DNA of 64,000 bases from Pirellulaceae bacterium (lineage in GTDB: Bacteria > Planctomycetota > Planctomycetia > Pirellulales > Pirellulaceae). Positions 11,507-20,399 of the stretch are shown here, piece after piece. The translations under genes were made by a program, and so were the position numbers. The stretch lies in NCBI GenBank assembly GCA_041739975.1, contig JBGSMY010000155.1:533-64532 (forward strand). Direction: 5' to 3'. Numbering within the stretch: position 1 is the stretch's first letter; each line of letters begins with the position of its first letter. The notes under the pieces are model-generated. The model saw only the letters and a program-made list of their open reading frames with translations, was not told the origin of the DNA and ran no database searches.

Positions 11507-11903
11507 CCACAGCGTGATGGCGTTAGTTTTGGTCCGCCTTAAATTGATTTGCAATTCTCCGGCCAATACCGCTTGGCGAAAAATTGACCAAAGCGCTCTT
11601 TTCGGATCGGCAAATCGCCTGAACATTTGCGAGTAGTCTTGGCCAGCCAATTGGAGGGCACCACGACGAACTGCAGCAATGATCAATGCGCTCAGACGGC
11701 CACAGAGAGCACCGATTTTTCCCCTCGCTTTAGGTAAAATTTAGCAGCAATTGAAAATTAATGCTGACGCCAAATTTTCTAAAAAAGTAAGCAACAATGA
11801 CATCCAGCTCACGTAAAGCTATAGCATCAGGTTGAAATCAGCCAACAACACAAAAAATCACAAGTTTTTCAGTTTTAACAATCATTTTTGGGAGGTACGG
11901 ATC

Positions 11904-12410
11904 ATGGGTTTAGGATATATGAAAATCCCGGGCATCGAAGGTATGGCAACTCAACAAGGTCATGAGAAATGGATTCCAATCGAATCTTGCTCCATGGGAG
12001 CGCATCGCAATATGGCCGAAGGCAGCAACGATCCCGTAGCGGACCTGCGAAACAGCCGCGTTCAAGTCGGTGGTGTCGTCATCTCGAAAAACGCTGATTC
12101 ATCGACCCCGTTGTTGGCACAAGCCGTTTGCAACGGTACCGTATGGCAAGAGCCAGTACTCATCGATTTTATCCGCAATTCCGAAGGTAGTGGCGAGCAG
12201 ACTTATTACACGATCACGTTGACCAATGCATTTGTGAAATCACACGACCAAAGTGGTCACGCTTCGTCGGGCGGCATGTCGTCGACCATGGAGTCGCTGG
12301 TGCTCGGTTTCTCAAAAATTAAATGGGAATACAAAGTAATTGATGAGAAGGGCAAGGTTCAAGGTAGCAAAGACGCTACTTGGGATCTGACCAAGTCCCG
12401 GGCATCATAA
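11904..12410 (+). CDS. hcp: Hcp-family protein (type VI secretion tube protein-like)
   Basis: The ATG at 11904 lies 8 nt after GGGAGG. The sequence follows the Hcp family pattern: MKIPGIEG..GHEKWIPIESCSMG, ISKNADSSTPLLAQAVCNG, YYTITLTNAFVKS, ESLVLGFSKIKWEY, TWDL. Length is about 168 aa. Confidence 0.75.
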   Translation: MGLGYMKIPGIEGMATQQGHEKWIPIESCSMGAHRNMAEGSNDPVADLRNSRVQVGGVVISKNADSSTPLLAQAVCNGTVWQEPVLIDFIRNSEGSGEQTYYTITLTNAFVKSHDQSGHASSGGMSSTMESLVLGFSKIKWEYKVIDEKGKVQGSKDATWDLTKSRAS

Positions 12411-12444
12411 GGTTGGGTTTCGTAAGTTCTTGACTTACAATCGA

Positions 12445-12474
12445 CCAAAATATTTAACACCAAAATATTTAACA
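12445..12474. repeat. 15-nt exact tandem duplication (CCAAAATATTTAACA x2) in the hcp 3' region
   Basis: Read directly from the sequence. Confidence 0.8.
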
Positions 12475-12479
12475 CCAAA

Positions 12480-12508
12480 GGCATCTCGGATATCCGCGAT
12501 GCCTTTTT
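12480..12508 (+). terminator. Rho-independent terminator downstream of hcp
   Basis: GGCATC-TCGGATATCCGC-GATGCC is followed by TTTTT. The loop can extend the stem (CGGA/TCCG). Confidence 0.7.
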
Positions 12509-12670
12509 CTACGTCCGCTTGTAATGGTAGTACCGATTGGAACGAGTTCGCGCGTTGATCACAACGACAATCCTCGCACTATCGTGGGTTAATGGCAATT
12601 TCTCAACCTAACGTTTTCCAAATACCGTTTAACCAAGATCTCCTAGTGAACCGATGGGAAACCTGAAATC

Positions 12671-13108
12671 ATGAATGCCAGCCCCGGCGTTTGCCGAATC
12701 ATGAACGATCAACTTCACTTGGGAACGGCCGATTGGACAGTGGGTCATACCATTGAACATATGCTGCACCGCAATTTGTCTTGTCTAATGATTGTCGATT
12801 CGCGCCAACGATTGATTGGATTGGTAACCGAATCTTCCTTATTGGCCGCTGCGTTGGATCCGATGCAGCGAGGTGAATCCGTAAGTTTATTTATGCAACG
12901 CAAAATGGTGACAATTCCTGATACCGCCAGTTGGGACGATGCTATTGAAATGTTTCTATTGCATCGGGTGCGACAGATTCCGGTTCTGCGAAATGGGGTC
13001 CCAGTCGGTATGCTTTGCCGCCGGCAATTATTACAACAACTGGCTAATCCTCATTCGCCGATGGCGAACGTAGCGGCTCAACCGCAGTCATCGGTTGTGG
13101 ACGATTAA
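12671..13108 (+). CDS. CBS-domain pair protein
   Basis: Two CBS-like units (LSCLMIVDSRQRLIGLVTESSLL and VRQIPVLRNGVPVGMLCRRQLL) in a 145-aa protein. Confidence 0.75.
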   Translation: MNASPGVCRIMNDQLHLGTADWTVGHTIEHMLHRNLSCLMIVDSRQRLIGLVTESSLLAAALDPMQRGESVSLFMQRKMVTIPDTASWDDAIEMFLLHRVRQIPVLRNGVPVGMLCRRQLLQQLANPHSPMANVAAQPQSSVVDD

Positions 13109-14099
13109 ATAGACGCGTCGTTCCCAGGCCCAGTACGGCGAATCCGATCGACATCAGCACAAGCCCACTCCACAGCCAGGGCGTCGCAAACTCGCCGAAG
13201 AACCATACACCCGCCAATGCCGCAAAAGCCGCTTGAGAAACATTGATGGCATTGACATAGAGCACGGGCAATCGCTTGAGGGCGACAATTAGACTCCAAA
13301 AGCCTACTGCATTGCAGATGGCTGCAAGCCACATCACCGTCCATTGCGACGAAGGGGTTTGCCACATCGATTCCCAGCCCATTCGATAGACGGCCAACGG
13401 TGTCAATAAGATTGATCCAGAAATGCTAACCAACATTACTGGGGTCAACGGATGAATTGAGTGCCGCACAGCTCGGCGGATTACAATTCCCAAAATAGCG
13501 TAGGATACGCCTGTCACCGATCCTGCGAATACGCCCCACCAAGTGGAAACCCCCAATACTTTTGCTTGCGGGCTGCTCTGCCCGACGCTCATGAAAGCCT
13601 GTTCGGCACCGCCACATAATAACAGCGCGCTTAACATTAACAACAATAATGCCACCAGCGAAATAGGTCTCAGCGGCTCATTCAAAAAAAAACGGCCCAT
13701 CAATGCGCTCGAAGCCACCATCGTTCCCAAATAAAGTGGAACCACCAATGCAACTCCCAGTGCCGCGAACGCGACTTGCAGACCGATGCTACCAATGACT
13801 TGGACTTGAACAGCACCCACGATCAACCAAATGAGATCCTTGCCGGGTGGCAATAACGGTTGGCGTCTCCAGATTGCAAGCAAGTAGATCGGCAAAAAAA
13901 TCAGGCAGGTACCGACAGCTTTCACAGCGCTGACCAGACTGGGCTCGATTGTTTCAGCGCTATGTCGCAGCAAGCCATTGGCTACAGAATAAAAAAGTGC
14001 TGCGGCAACTCCTCCGCTAACGCCCCAGCCGAGCGTAATGGGAATCAGTTCCGATGACGAAGTCATCTCACCGCTTTTTTGCGAAGGCAATTTACTCAC
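13044..14099 (-). CDS. EamA/DMT-superfamily transporter
   Basis: About 10 hydrophobic helices in two similar halves over 351 aa, typical of the drug/metabolite transporter family. Confidence 0.75.
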   Translation of the reverse strand: MSKLPSQKSGEMTSSSELIPITLGWGVSGGVAAALFYSVANGLLRHSAETIEPSLVSAVKAVGTCLIFLPIYLLAIWRRQPLLPPGKDLIWLIVGAVQVQVIGSIGLQVAFAALGVALVVPLYLGTMVASSALMGRFFLNEPLRPISLVALLLLMLSALLLCGGAEQAFMSVGQSSPQAKVLGVSTWWGVFAGSVTGVSYAILGIVIRRAVRHSIHPLTPVMLVSISGSILLTPLAVYRMGWESMWQTPSSQWTVMWLAAICNAVGFWSLIVALKRLPVLYVNAINVSQAAFAALAGVWFFGEFATPWLWSGLVLMSIGFAVLGLGTTRLFNRPQPMTAVEPLRSPSANED

Positions 14100-15052
14100 A
14101 GGTGGGCTCGCGTTTGCAGGAATTTTCGATGGAGGTCATATGCTGCGGATTCGCCTAAGACCCGCCGTAAATCAATATATGGCCGTAGTCCCAAGACTTT
14201 TCGAATTCGCGATGGTTCACTGACTTGTGCATTTCCGCAAACGACGCAGACACGATTATTTTCTTCTCGCGGAGCTCGGCAATTTGGACAAAACCCCGGT
14301 AACCGCCAGTGGACGCCATCCGAATGGCCCGCATTGACCCATTCCACATGCAATGGCAACGATTCACGACTCGCTGCACCAATGGCCTGAAACAATTCCT
14401 GCCAATCGCTCGTGTGCTGGCCTGGAACATTTTCGGTCGGCCATTGGCTACCAATTTCGCAAAGCAAATCGAGTTGACTTGAATTCAACGGTGACCGGCA
14501 CCAGATCCCGAACCACAATGGCGCGGTTGCAATAAAGGCCTCAGACCATTCGCCAGTTTTGCCGATCCGATCAATGCTCATCTCAAATTGTCGACTCCAA
14601 TGGTCGACACAATGGTTCGCCGAGTTAGGCATTGATCCCAAATCGTCTGTATCGCGCACCCAGCCAAAACAACCTGCTAGAGCGGATGGAAAAAATTCCG
14701 ATTCGGTGTTCGGTTGGTTCGATACAAGTGGTTTGCAACAACCTGCGTTTGCGGGGCAATGGTGGCAGGTCGACGCAAGGTGGTCCAGTCCGCCAAAAGG
14801 TCGCAAAGTTTCGCTGACGTTGAATCCCCACACCTCCTGTTTAGCGGTTAACGGTATCGTGTCGCGAAAACACCATCCGTCGAAGATCCTGTTTTGCCGT
14901 CGTGCAATGGCGAACTCCTGTGGAATCCTCAGTTGCCGTGCAGTCGATTCGGCCACGCTGCGATGGTCGGCACGGCGCCAGGGGCAATTGATTCCCAACG
15001 CCCATCGCAGATGAGCAGGCGTCGAGCCAATAATTGCCGCAGCCCGTTTCAT
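14096..15052 (-). CDS. Cys-rich hypothetical protein (putative zinc-ribbon-containing)
   Basis: A 318-aa ORF with the clusters CHHCPANAGCC and CPNCRAPREENNRVCVVCG. Its stop overlaps the downstream DMT transporter start by 4 nt. Confidence 0.6.
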   Translation of the reverse strand: MKRAAAIIGSTPAHLRWALGINCPWRRADHRSVAESTARQLRIPQEFAIARRQNRIFDGWCFRDTIPLTAKQEVWGFNVSETLRPFGGLDHLASTCHHCPANAGCCKPLVSNQPNTESEFFPSALAGCFGWVRDTDDLGSMPNSANHCVDHWSRQFEMSIDRIGKTGEWSEAFIATAPLWFGIWCRSPLNSSQLDLLCEIGSQWPTENVPGQHTSDWQELFQAIGAASRESLPLHVEWVNAGHSDGVHWRLPGFCPNCRAPREENNRVCVVCGNAQVSEPSRIRKVLGLRPYIDLRRVLGESAAYDLHRKFLQTRAHL

Positions 15053-15070
15053 ACGATACCCGCTGCCATA

Positions 15071-16690
15071 CTAATGTTTGAAATGACGTTTACCGGTAAA
15101 GACCATCGGGATTCCCAGTCGATTGGCAGCCTCAATGACTTCGCCATCGCGAGTTGATCCTCCGGGTTGAATTACTGCGGCAATTCCCGCGGCCGCTAAT
15201 AGTTCTATCGAATCAGGAAAAGGGAAAAAAGCATCGGAGGCGGCAACGGCACCGCCAACCCGCTCACCCGCTTTTTCGATTGCAATTCGAACTGAGTCGA
15301 CACGACTCATTTGACCTGCGCCGACGCCAATCAAGCTCTGTTGGCGGGCAATGGTGATCGCGTTGGATTTGACCGACCGCACCAATTGCCAGGCGAATTG
15401 TAAATCGGCTAACAATCGTTCGTCGATGGGCGAGTTGGTAACCGTTTTCCAGGTATCACGATTATCGGCCAAACAATCGCTGGATTGAACCAAAGCGCCT
15501 CCGGCAATGCTGCGTAGTTCCCAATTCGTCCGATTTGGCTCAAAGGCACCGGTTGCCAATAGCCGCACGTTCGTTTTCCATTTGGCTTTTGTCTTTAGCA
15601 GTTCCAACGCATCTACCATAAACCCAGGAGCAATAATTGCTTCCACAAACAAGTTCCGGTCTTGAACCAAATACTCAGCCGTCGCCATGTCGACCTCGCG
15701 GTTCATGCCGATAACCGAACCAAAGGCACTGACGGGGTCGCCGGCAAATGCGGCCCGAACTGCCTCGACAAGGCTGGACTGCATTGCCGCGCCACAAGGA
15801 TTATTGTGTTTGATCACACAGCACGCTGGTTCAGTCAAGCCACCGACAATGGCTAACGCGGCATCTAGATCCAACAGATTGTTATAAGACAGTTCTTTGC
15901 CATTAAGTTGTTGACTTTTTGCAACACTGGGTGCGTGTATTTGGGGTGCCGCATACAACGCCGCCTGTTGGTGTGGATTTTCGCCATGCCTTAACGACTG
16001 CAGTCGGCGATAGTTCACGGTCAGATTTTCCGGGAACTCAAACAGCGATTCCGCGTTGACCGCGGCGTTGTTGAGCGCGGAGCTCGCAGCGAAATAATTG
16101 GCGATTGCGCGATCGTAACAGGCCGTATGCTCAAAGGCATCGGTCATCCAATGTTCGCGCTGCGCCAAGGTGAATCCACCGAATTGATTCAATGCCGCAA
16201 TTGCGTTTGCATATTGTTGCGGATCGGTGAGCACGGCAACGGTAGCGTGATTCTTGGCGGCGGCTCGAATTAAACTTGGTCCACCGATGTCGATATTCTC
16301 AATTGCTTCATGGCGCGACACATTGGGTTTGGCAATGGTCTGTTGAAACGGGTATAAATTAACGACAACCAGTTGAAAACCCACCATGCCACTGGATTGC
16401 ATGGCGGATTGATCCGATTCAAGTTGCGGTCGACCTAAGATACCTCCAAAAATTTTTGGGTGAAGCGTTTTGACTCGCCCGTCCATCATCTCTGGAAATT
16501 GTGTGTACTGAGAAATTTCGACTACGGAATATCCATGGCTTTCCAAGAACTTGGCTGTTCCGCCAGTACTGTAGATTTCTACTTGGCGACTGCGAAGAGC
16601 TTGAGCAAGTTCCAACAAACCGGACTTGTCGCTGACACTAATGATCGCGCGTTGGACCGTTAAATGCGGTCCCTCAGCTGTTAACCCCAT
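15071..16690 (-). CDS. purH: Bifunctional AICAR transformylase / IMP cyclohydrolase
   Basis: RAIISVSDKSGLLELA (MGS-like domain), a long AICARFT domain and the C-terminal end VFTGKRHFKH. Length is 539 aa. Confidence 0.95.
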   Translation of the reverse strand: MGLTAEGPHLTVQRAIISVSDKSGLLELAQALRSRQVEIYSTGGTAKFLESHGYSVVEISQYTQFPEMMDGRVKTLHPKIFGGILGRPQLESDQSAMQSSGMVGFQLVVVNLYPFQQTIAKPNVSRHEAIENIDIGGPSLIRAAAKNHATVAVLTDPQQYANAIAALNQFGGFTLAQREHWMTDAFEHTACYDRAIANYFAASSALNNAAVNAESLFEFPENLTVNYRRLQSLRHGENPHQQAALYAAPQIHAPSVAKSQQLNGKELSYNNLLDLDAALAIVGGLTEPACCVIKHNNPCGAAMQSSLVEAVRAAFAGDPVSAFGSVIGMNREVDMATAEYLVQDRNLFVEAIIAPGFMVDALELLKTKAKWKTNVRLLATGAFEPNRTNWELRSIAGGALVQSSDCLADNRDTWKTVTNSPIDERLLADLQFAWQLVRSVKSNAITIARQQSLIGVGAGQMSRVDSVRIAIEKAGERVGGAVAASDAFFPFPDSIELLAAAGIAAVIQPGGSTRDGEVIEAANRLGIPMVFTGKRHFKH

Positions 16691-17081
16691 GGTTTCCTCG
16701 TTCGCCTTTTGATGGATGAGATCGATTGTTTGTCAAAATTCGTTTTTAGGCGAGGTCGTTTCAATCGTCAATTGCCCCTTGACAATGGCGGGACTGGTCT
16801 GGGGGTTAGAGATTTCAGCATGAAATTGGACTTTGTGTGGGGAACGAGGGTTTTTGAACCCGCAATCAACCGGCAGGTTCAAATTTGCCAACTTCTGTGG
16901 GTGTGGATGTAACGACCAAAACGACTGGGTTGAGGAGGCGGGTGAGGGCTATCTCTGTTGATTTTTGTCAACCAAAAATGTCGTAATTTTTTACCCAAAC
17001 ACGAAAGTCGAGCTATCTTTCCAATAGACCGGCACCACGGACTGGCAGCACACATTAGGAATCTGATTGCGGGATACGCTC

Positions 17082-17708
17082 ATGGGACAGCTTAAAACGA
17101 CGGGCAAAGCAAAACGCAAAAAACAGGAAGAAAAGCGGGGTGCATCCGCACTCCTGATTGTTGCTGCTCTGGTTTTACTACTCAGCATTGCGGGCTTAGG
17201 TTGGTGGTTCTCCGGCTCTGCGAGTGCAGTGGTCCAAGAAAACTCACCTTCGGGTCAATGGCCCGATGGCACACAATTAGATCATTTTGCCGATCGCCAT
17301 TCGATTGTTGTATTTGTACAACCGAACGACCCCAAATCAATTGAAAATCTTGAGAAGTTGGAACAAGTTGCTCGGCAACGTCGAGTATTTTCAACGGTGG
17401 TGTTTAGCAAAACAGGCGAACGCGAGCTCGATGAACAATCGCGACAAGCTGTCCAGCGCGCCCAGCAGATTCCTAACTCAAACGTCGTGTTTGACGATCG
17501 CGGTCGTGAATCCGAACGATTCGGTCTGTTTAATACTCCGAGTTTCTCGGTCTATAATCCGGGCGGAGAATTGGTTACTTCTGGCGACGACCTGCCTAGC
17601 CAATCGGCCTCGGTCATGAACATATTGCCCGGCAACCCGAACAGTCCAACCTATGCCGGTGTGTCACATCCCAACAGTTGGTCATCCAGCAATCATGCTC
17701 TCGATTAA
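17082..17708 (+). CDS. Membrane-anchored thioredoxin-fold-like protein lacking the CxxC motif
   Basis: A basic N-terminus followed by a TM helix (ALLIVAALVLLLSIAGLGWW). The TlpA/ResA-like layout has NDPKS where WCxxC would sit (SIVVFVQPNDPKSIENLEKLEQ). The ORF opens at TTG 17067, with an ATG at 17082. Confidence 0.5.
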   Translation: MGQLKTTGKAKRKKQEEKRGASALLIVAALVLLLSIAGLGWWFSGSASAVVQENSPSGQWPDGTQLDHFADRHSIVVFVQPNDPKSIENLEKLEQVARQRRVFSTVVFSKTGERELDEQSRQAVQRAQQIPNSNVVFDDRGRESERFGLFNTPSFSVYNPGGELVTSGDDLPSQSASVMNILPGNPNSPTYAGVSHPNSWSSSNHALD

Positions 17709-17840
17709 TTCGGGAGGATGTCGTGGGGCGGCAACAATTGGCACAGTCCCGCTCGATTCGATCTGAACTAAAATCAAAGCACTGCGGACGGTTGAAAGTA
17801 CCGTCCGTTTTGCGTTGCTCATGGAGTTTCATGCGAGCCA

Positions 17841-18584
17841 CTACAAACGTTCGCCCGCATAACGTGTGATGGCCGCGCGAATTTCCGGCGATTGCCAGAT
17901 GTCCAAATACTCGCTATAGAATCGTTCGCGATTGGCGGCGATCGCTGCCAACACAGGCGCGCGGGTTTGTTGTTTTGAGAACTTAAAAGTAGCGGTTGGA
18001 ACCACACAAAACTCATCGACGATTCTTGCCGCCGCCAATGCCATTTGATCGACCGGCACAATTTCATCGGCCAGTCCCACGGCGATTGCGTCCGTATCTG
18101 AAAAGGTTGCCCCCACATTGACCAATCGCTGAAACGCTTGATTGGCAGCAACGAACCGAACCATTTCGACGGCTGTAATTGGCAACGGCACGCCCACTCG
18201 CAGTTCGGGGATGCCGATTTTAGCTCCGGGAGCCAATAGTCGATAATCAGCCGCAATCGCCAACATGCACCCCCCCGCAATCGCATGACCATTGATCAAC
18301 GAGATCAAAGGCTTTGGAAAGGTAAAACAAGTACGAAACAAACTTTCGATCACTTCCAAGAAAGGTACGACGTAATCTTGGGGTTCCGCCAACCAACGCT
18401 TTAGGTCAATGCCCGCAGAAAATACATGCCCATGCCCGGTAATCGTAACGGCGCGCAAACTGGAAGTACTGAGGACTTGCAATCGGTGCTCAAGAGCTCG
18501 GCAAAACTCAATATCCATCGCATTTACTCGGCCGTAACGAAGGGTGATATGAGCCACTTGGTCTCTTTCCAGAACATCGAACAT
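17841..18584 (-). CDS. Enoyl-CoA hydratase/isomerase (crotonase) family protein
   Basis: Crotonase-fold motifs: ITLRYGRVNAMD, VFSAGIDLK and INGHAIAGGCMLA. Confidence 0.85.
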   Translation of the reverse strand: MFDVLERDQVAHITLRYGRVNAMDIEFCRALEHRLQVLSTSSLRAVTITGHGHVFSAGIDLKRWLAEPQDYVVPFLEVIESLFRTCFTFPKPLISLINGHAIAGGCMLAIAADYRLLAPGAKIGIPELRVGVPLPITAVEMVRFVAANQAFQRLVNVGATFSDTDAIAVGLADEIVPVDQMALAAARIVDEFCVVPTATFKFSKQQTRAPVLAAIAANRERFYSEYLDIWQSPEIRAAITRYAGERL

Positions 18585-18630
18585 TGCAGAGTTTTCCTAA
18601 ATGATTGCTGTCGTACGTCGATTCGAGTGG

Positions 18631-20124
18631 TTAACGCCAGATGGTTGGTTCGCGGTGATTTATTTGAATAGCCCTCAATAAACCTTGCGCCTTGGTCCAA
18701 GTTTCGCTCCATTCGTCGGCCGGATCGCTGTGATACACAATCGCGCCACCCACAGGAAATTGCCACCAACCGCGATGGGCCGTAATAGTGCGAATCAACA
18801 AATTAAAATCAGCTTGGCCAGTAATACTGAGAAAACCCAACGAGCCACAATAGGCGCCCCGTGCCGATTGTTCAATCTCGGTGATGATTTCCATACTGCG
18901 AATTTTTGGCGCCCCGGTGACACTGCCTCCGGGGAATACAGCCGCCAACCATTCGTGGGGTGCGACCTCGGGGCGCAATCGGCCTGTTACCGCAGACACA
19001 AGATGAATTACGGTCTCATAATTTTCTGGTTGGCACAATTGCGTGACCTGGACCGAATCATCCAGACACACGCGAGACAGGTCATTACGCATCAAGTCAA
19101 CGATCATAATATTTTCAGCCAGATCTTTGCGGTTTGCCATTAACTCCGCAGTCCGCTCATCGTCTAACAATGGAACGCCAGTTCGCGCTCGAGTTCCTTT
19201 AATAGGGCGAGTTTCCAAAATACCGTTTTGGCTGCGCAGTAATCGCTCGGGCGATGCGCTAATGATTTGAGTTTCGCCAAGGTCAAAATAACCAGCAAAC
19301 GTTGCCGGGTTGGAATGCGCTAAACGCCGATATAGCTGCCAACTTGAGCAAGTCTGCGGCGTTACCAATTGATGCGAAAGATTTACTTGAAAAATATCGC
19401 CAGCGGCAATGTACTCACGCGCTCGCTCTACGGCATCCAGGTAACCCGCACGAGAAAAATTACTAGTGACCAGCGGCAATTGCGGAATTTCAAATTGTGG
19501 CGGAAAATCCAAGGCCGCGGATTCCAGCACTTCAACAATGTCCCCTTGGGGCGCCGGGGAATTGAGCAAATTGCTTTCTAACAATTCCCAAATTAATTGC
19601 GCTCGATCTTGAGCGCGTCGGAGTCGGCGTTGAAAATCAATTTCGGGAAGACCTTGAGAAATCAACCAACCGTGCTCGCGAGTATGATCCCAAGCCAAAA
19701 CGACGTCATAAAGTCCCCAGGCTTGCAACGGCAGGTCAAATGGTCGATAGCGAGGAATCGGCAACGTTTCAAAGCGGCGACCCAGTTCATAACTCATCCA
19801 ACCGGCCAAGCCTCCCTGAAATGGCGGTAGATCGGGGTGGGCCGTTGCCTGCCACTGTGACCAATCTTGAGGCAACGGCAACCAGCCGGCCGCATGGGTT
19901 GGCAACGTCTCGCCATAATCAACATGCCATTCCACGGGATCAACGGCCAGAAAAGAATAACGCCCCAGTTCAGAACGTTTCAGAGTGCTTTCCAGCAACA
20001 GTGGGTGCGGTAATTGTCGCAACCGATCGAAACAACTCTGGGGTGTCCAGTTGCTTGGCAATTCTCGAACGATCGGCAATAACAAATCCCAACGCTTGTT
20101 CATTCCCAATTTCACGGTTTCCAA
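18631..20124 (-). CDS. pabB: Aminodeoxychorismate synthase component I (chorismate-binding enzyme)
   Basis: RPIKGT (Lys as in PabB, rather than PIAGT as in TrpE), GGSVTGAPK and RGAYCGSLGF. Confidence 0.8.
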   Translation of the reverse strand: METVKLGMNKRWDLLLPIVRELPSNWTPQSCFDRLRQLPHPLLLESTLKRSELGRYSFLAVDPVEWHVDYGETLPTHAAGWLPLPQDWSQWQATAHPDLPPFQGGLAGWMSYELGRRFETLPIPRYRPFDLPLQAWGLYDVVLAWDHTREHGWLISQGLPEIDFQRRLRRAQDRAQLIWELLESNLLNSPAPQGDIVEVLESAALDFPPQFEIPQLPLVTSNFSRAGYLDAVERAREYIAAGDIFQVNLSHQLVTPQTCSSWQLYRRLAHSNPATFAGYFDLGETQIISASPERLLRSQNGILETRPIKGTRARTGVPLLDDERTAELMANRKDLAENIMIVDLMRNDLSRVCLDDSVQVTQLCQPENYETVIHLVSAVTGRLRPEVAPHEWLAAVFPGGSVTGAPKIRSMEIITEIEQSARGAYCGSLGFLSITGQADFNLLIRTITAHRGWWQFPVGGAIVYHSDPADEWSETWTKAQGLLRAIQINHREPTIWR

Positions 20125-20399
20125 AAATGGATTCGAACTGCCATTTGCCGCAATTTCCTGACATCTATTTTGCTTTACCCGGCGAAATCAGCTTAGTCAA
20201 TTTACCATTTGCGTCGATAGGTGGTGGGAATTCCTGACTCACCGTTGCCAAAACGCATTTGCCCAGAGAAAATGGATCGGCAGCGTCGTAGCCTATCGTC
20301 AATTGGTTTTCGGAGAATCACCGAGAACCTTTTTGAACTCAACGAGTCTATGAACGGCTGGACCAAGTTAATTTCACTGTCGCAGGAAACCAATCTCAG

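Noticed and set aside
11426-11686. 86-aa minus-strand ORF overlapping the queA 3' end
   Set aside because: It overlaps queA by ~80 nt, has no RBS and has no recognisable family. It is probably non-coding sequence between queA and hcp.
11832-12670. A T6SS gene cluster around hcp
   Set aside because: The flanking genes are queA and a CBS-domain protein. No sheath, baseplate, VgrG, PAAR or ClpV-like ORF is seen anywhere in the window, so only an orphan hcp is called.
16830-16900. tRNA-like signal (GGTTCAAAT T-loop-like sequence and a GGGTT/AACCC hairpin)
   Set aside because: No acceptor stem or D-arm can be drawn. The putative anticodon hairpin has a 4-nt loop, and the T-stem needs an 8-nt loop. 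It is most likely chance within the purH divergent promoter region.
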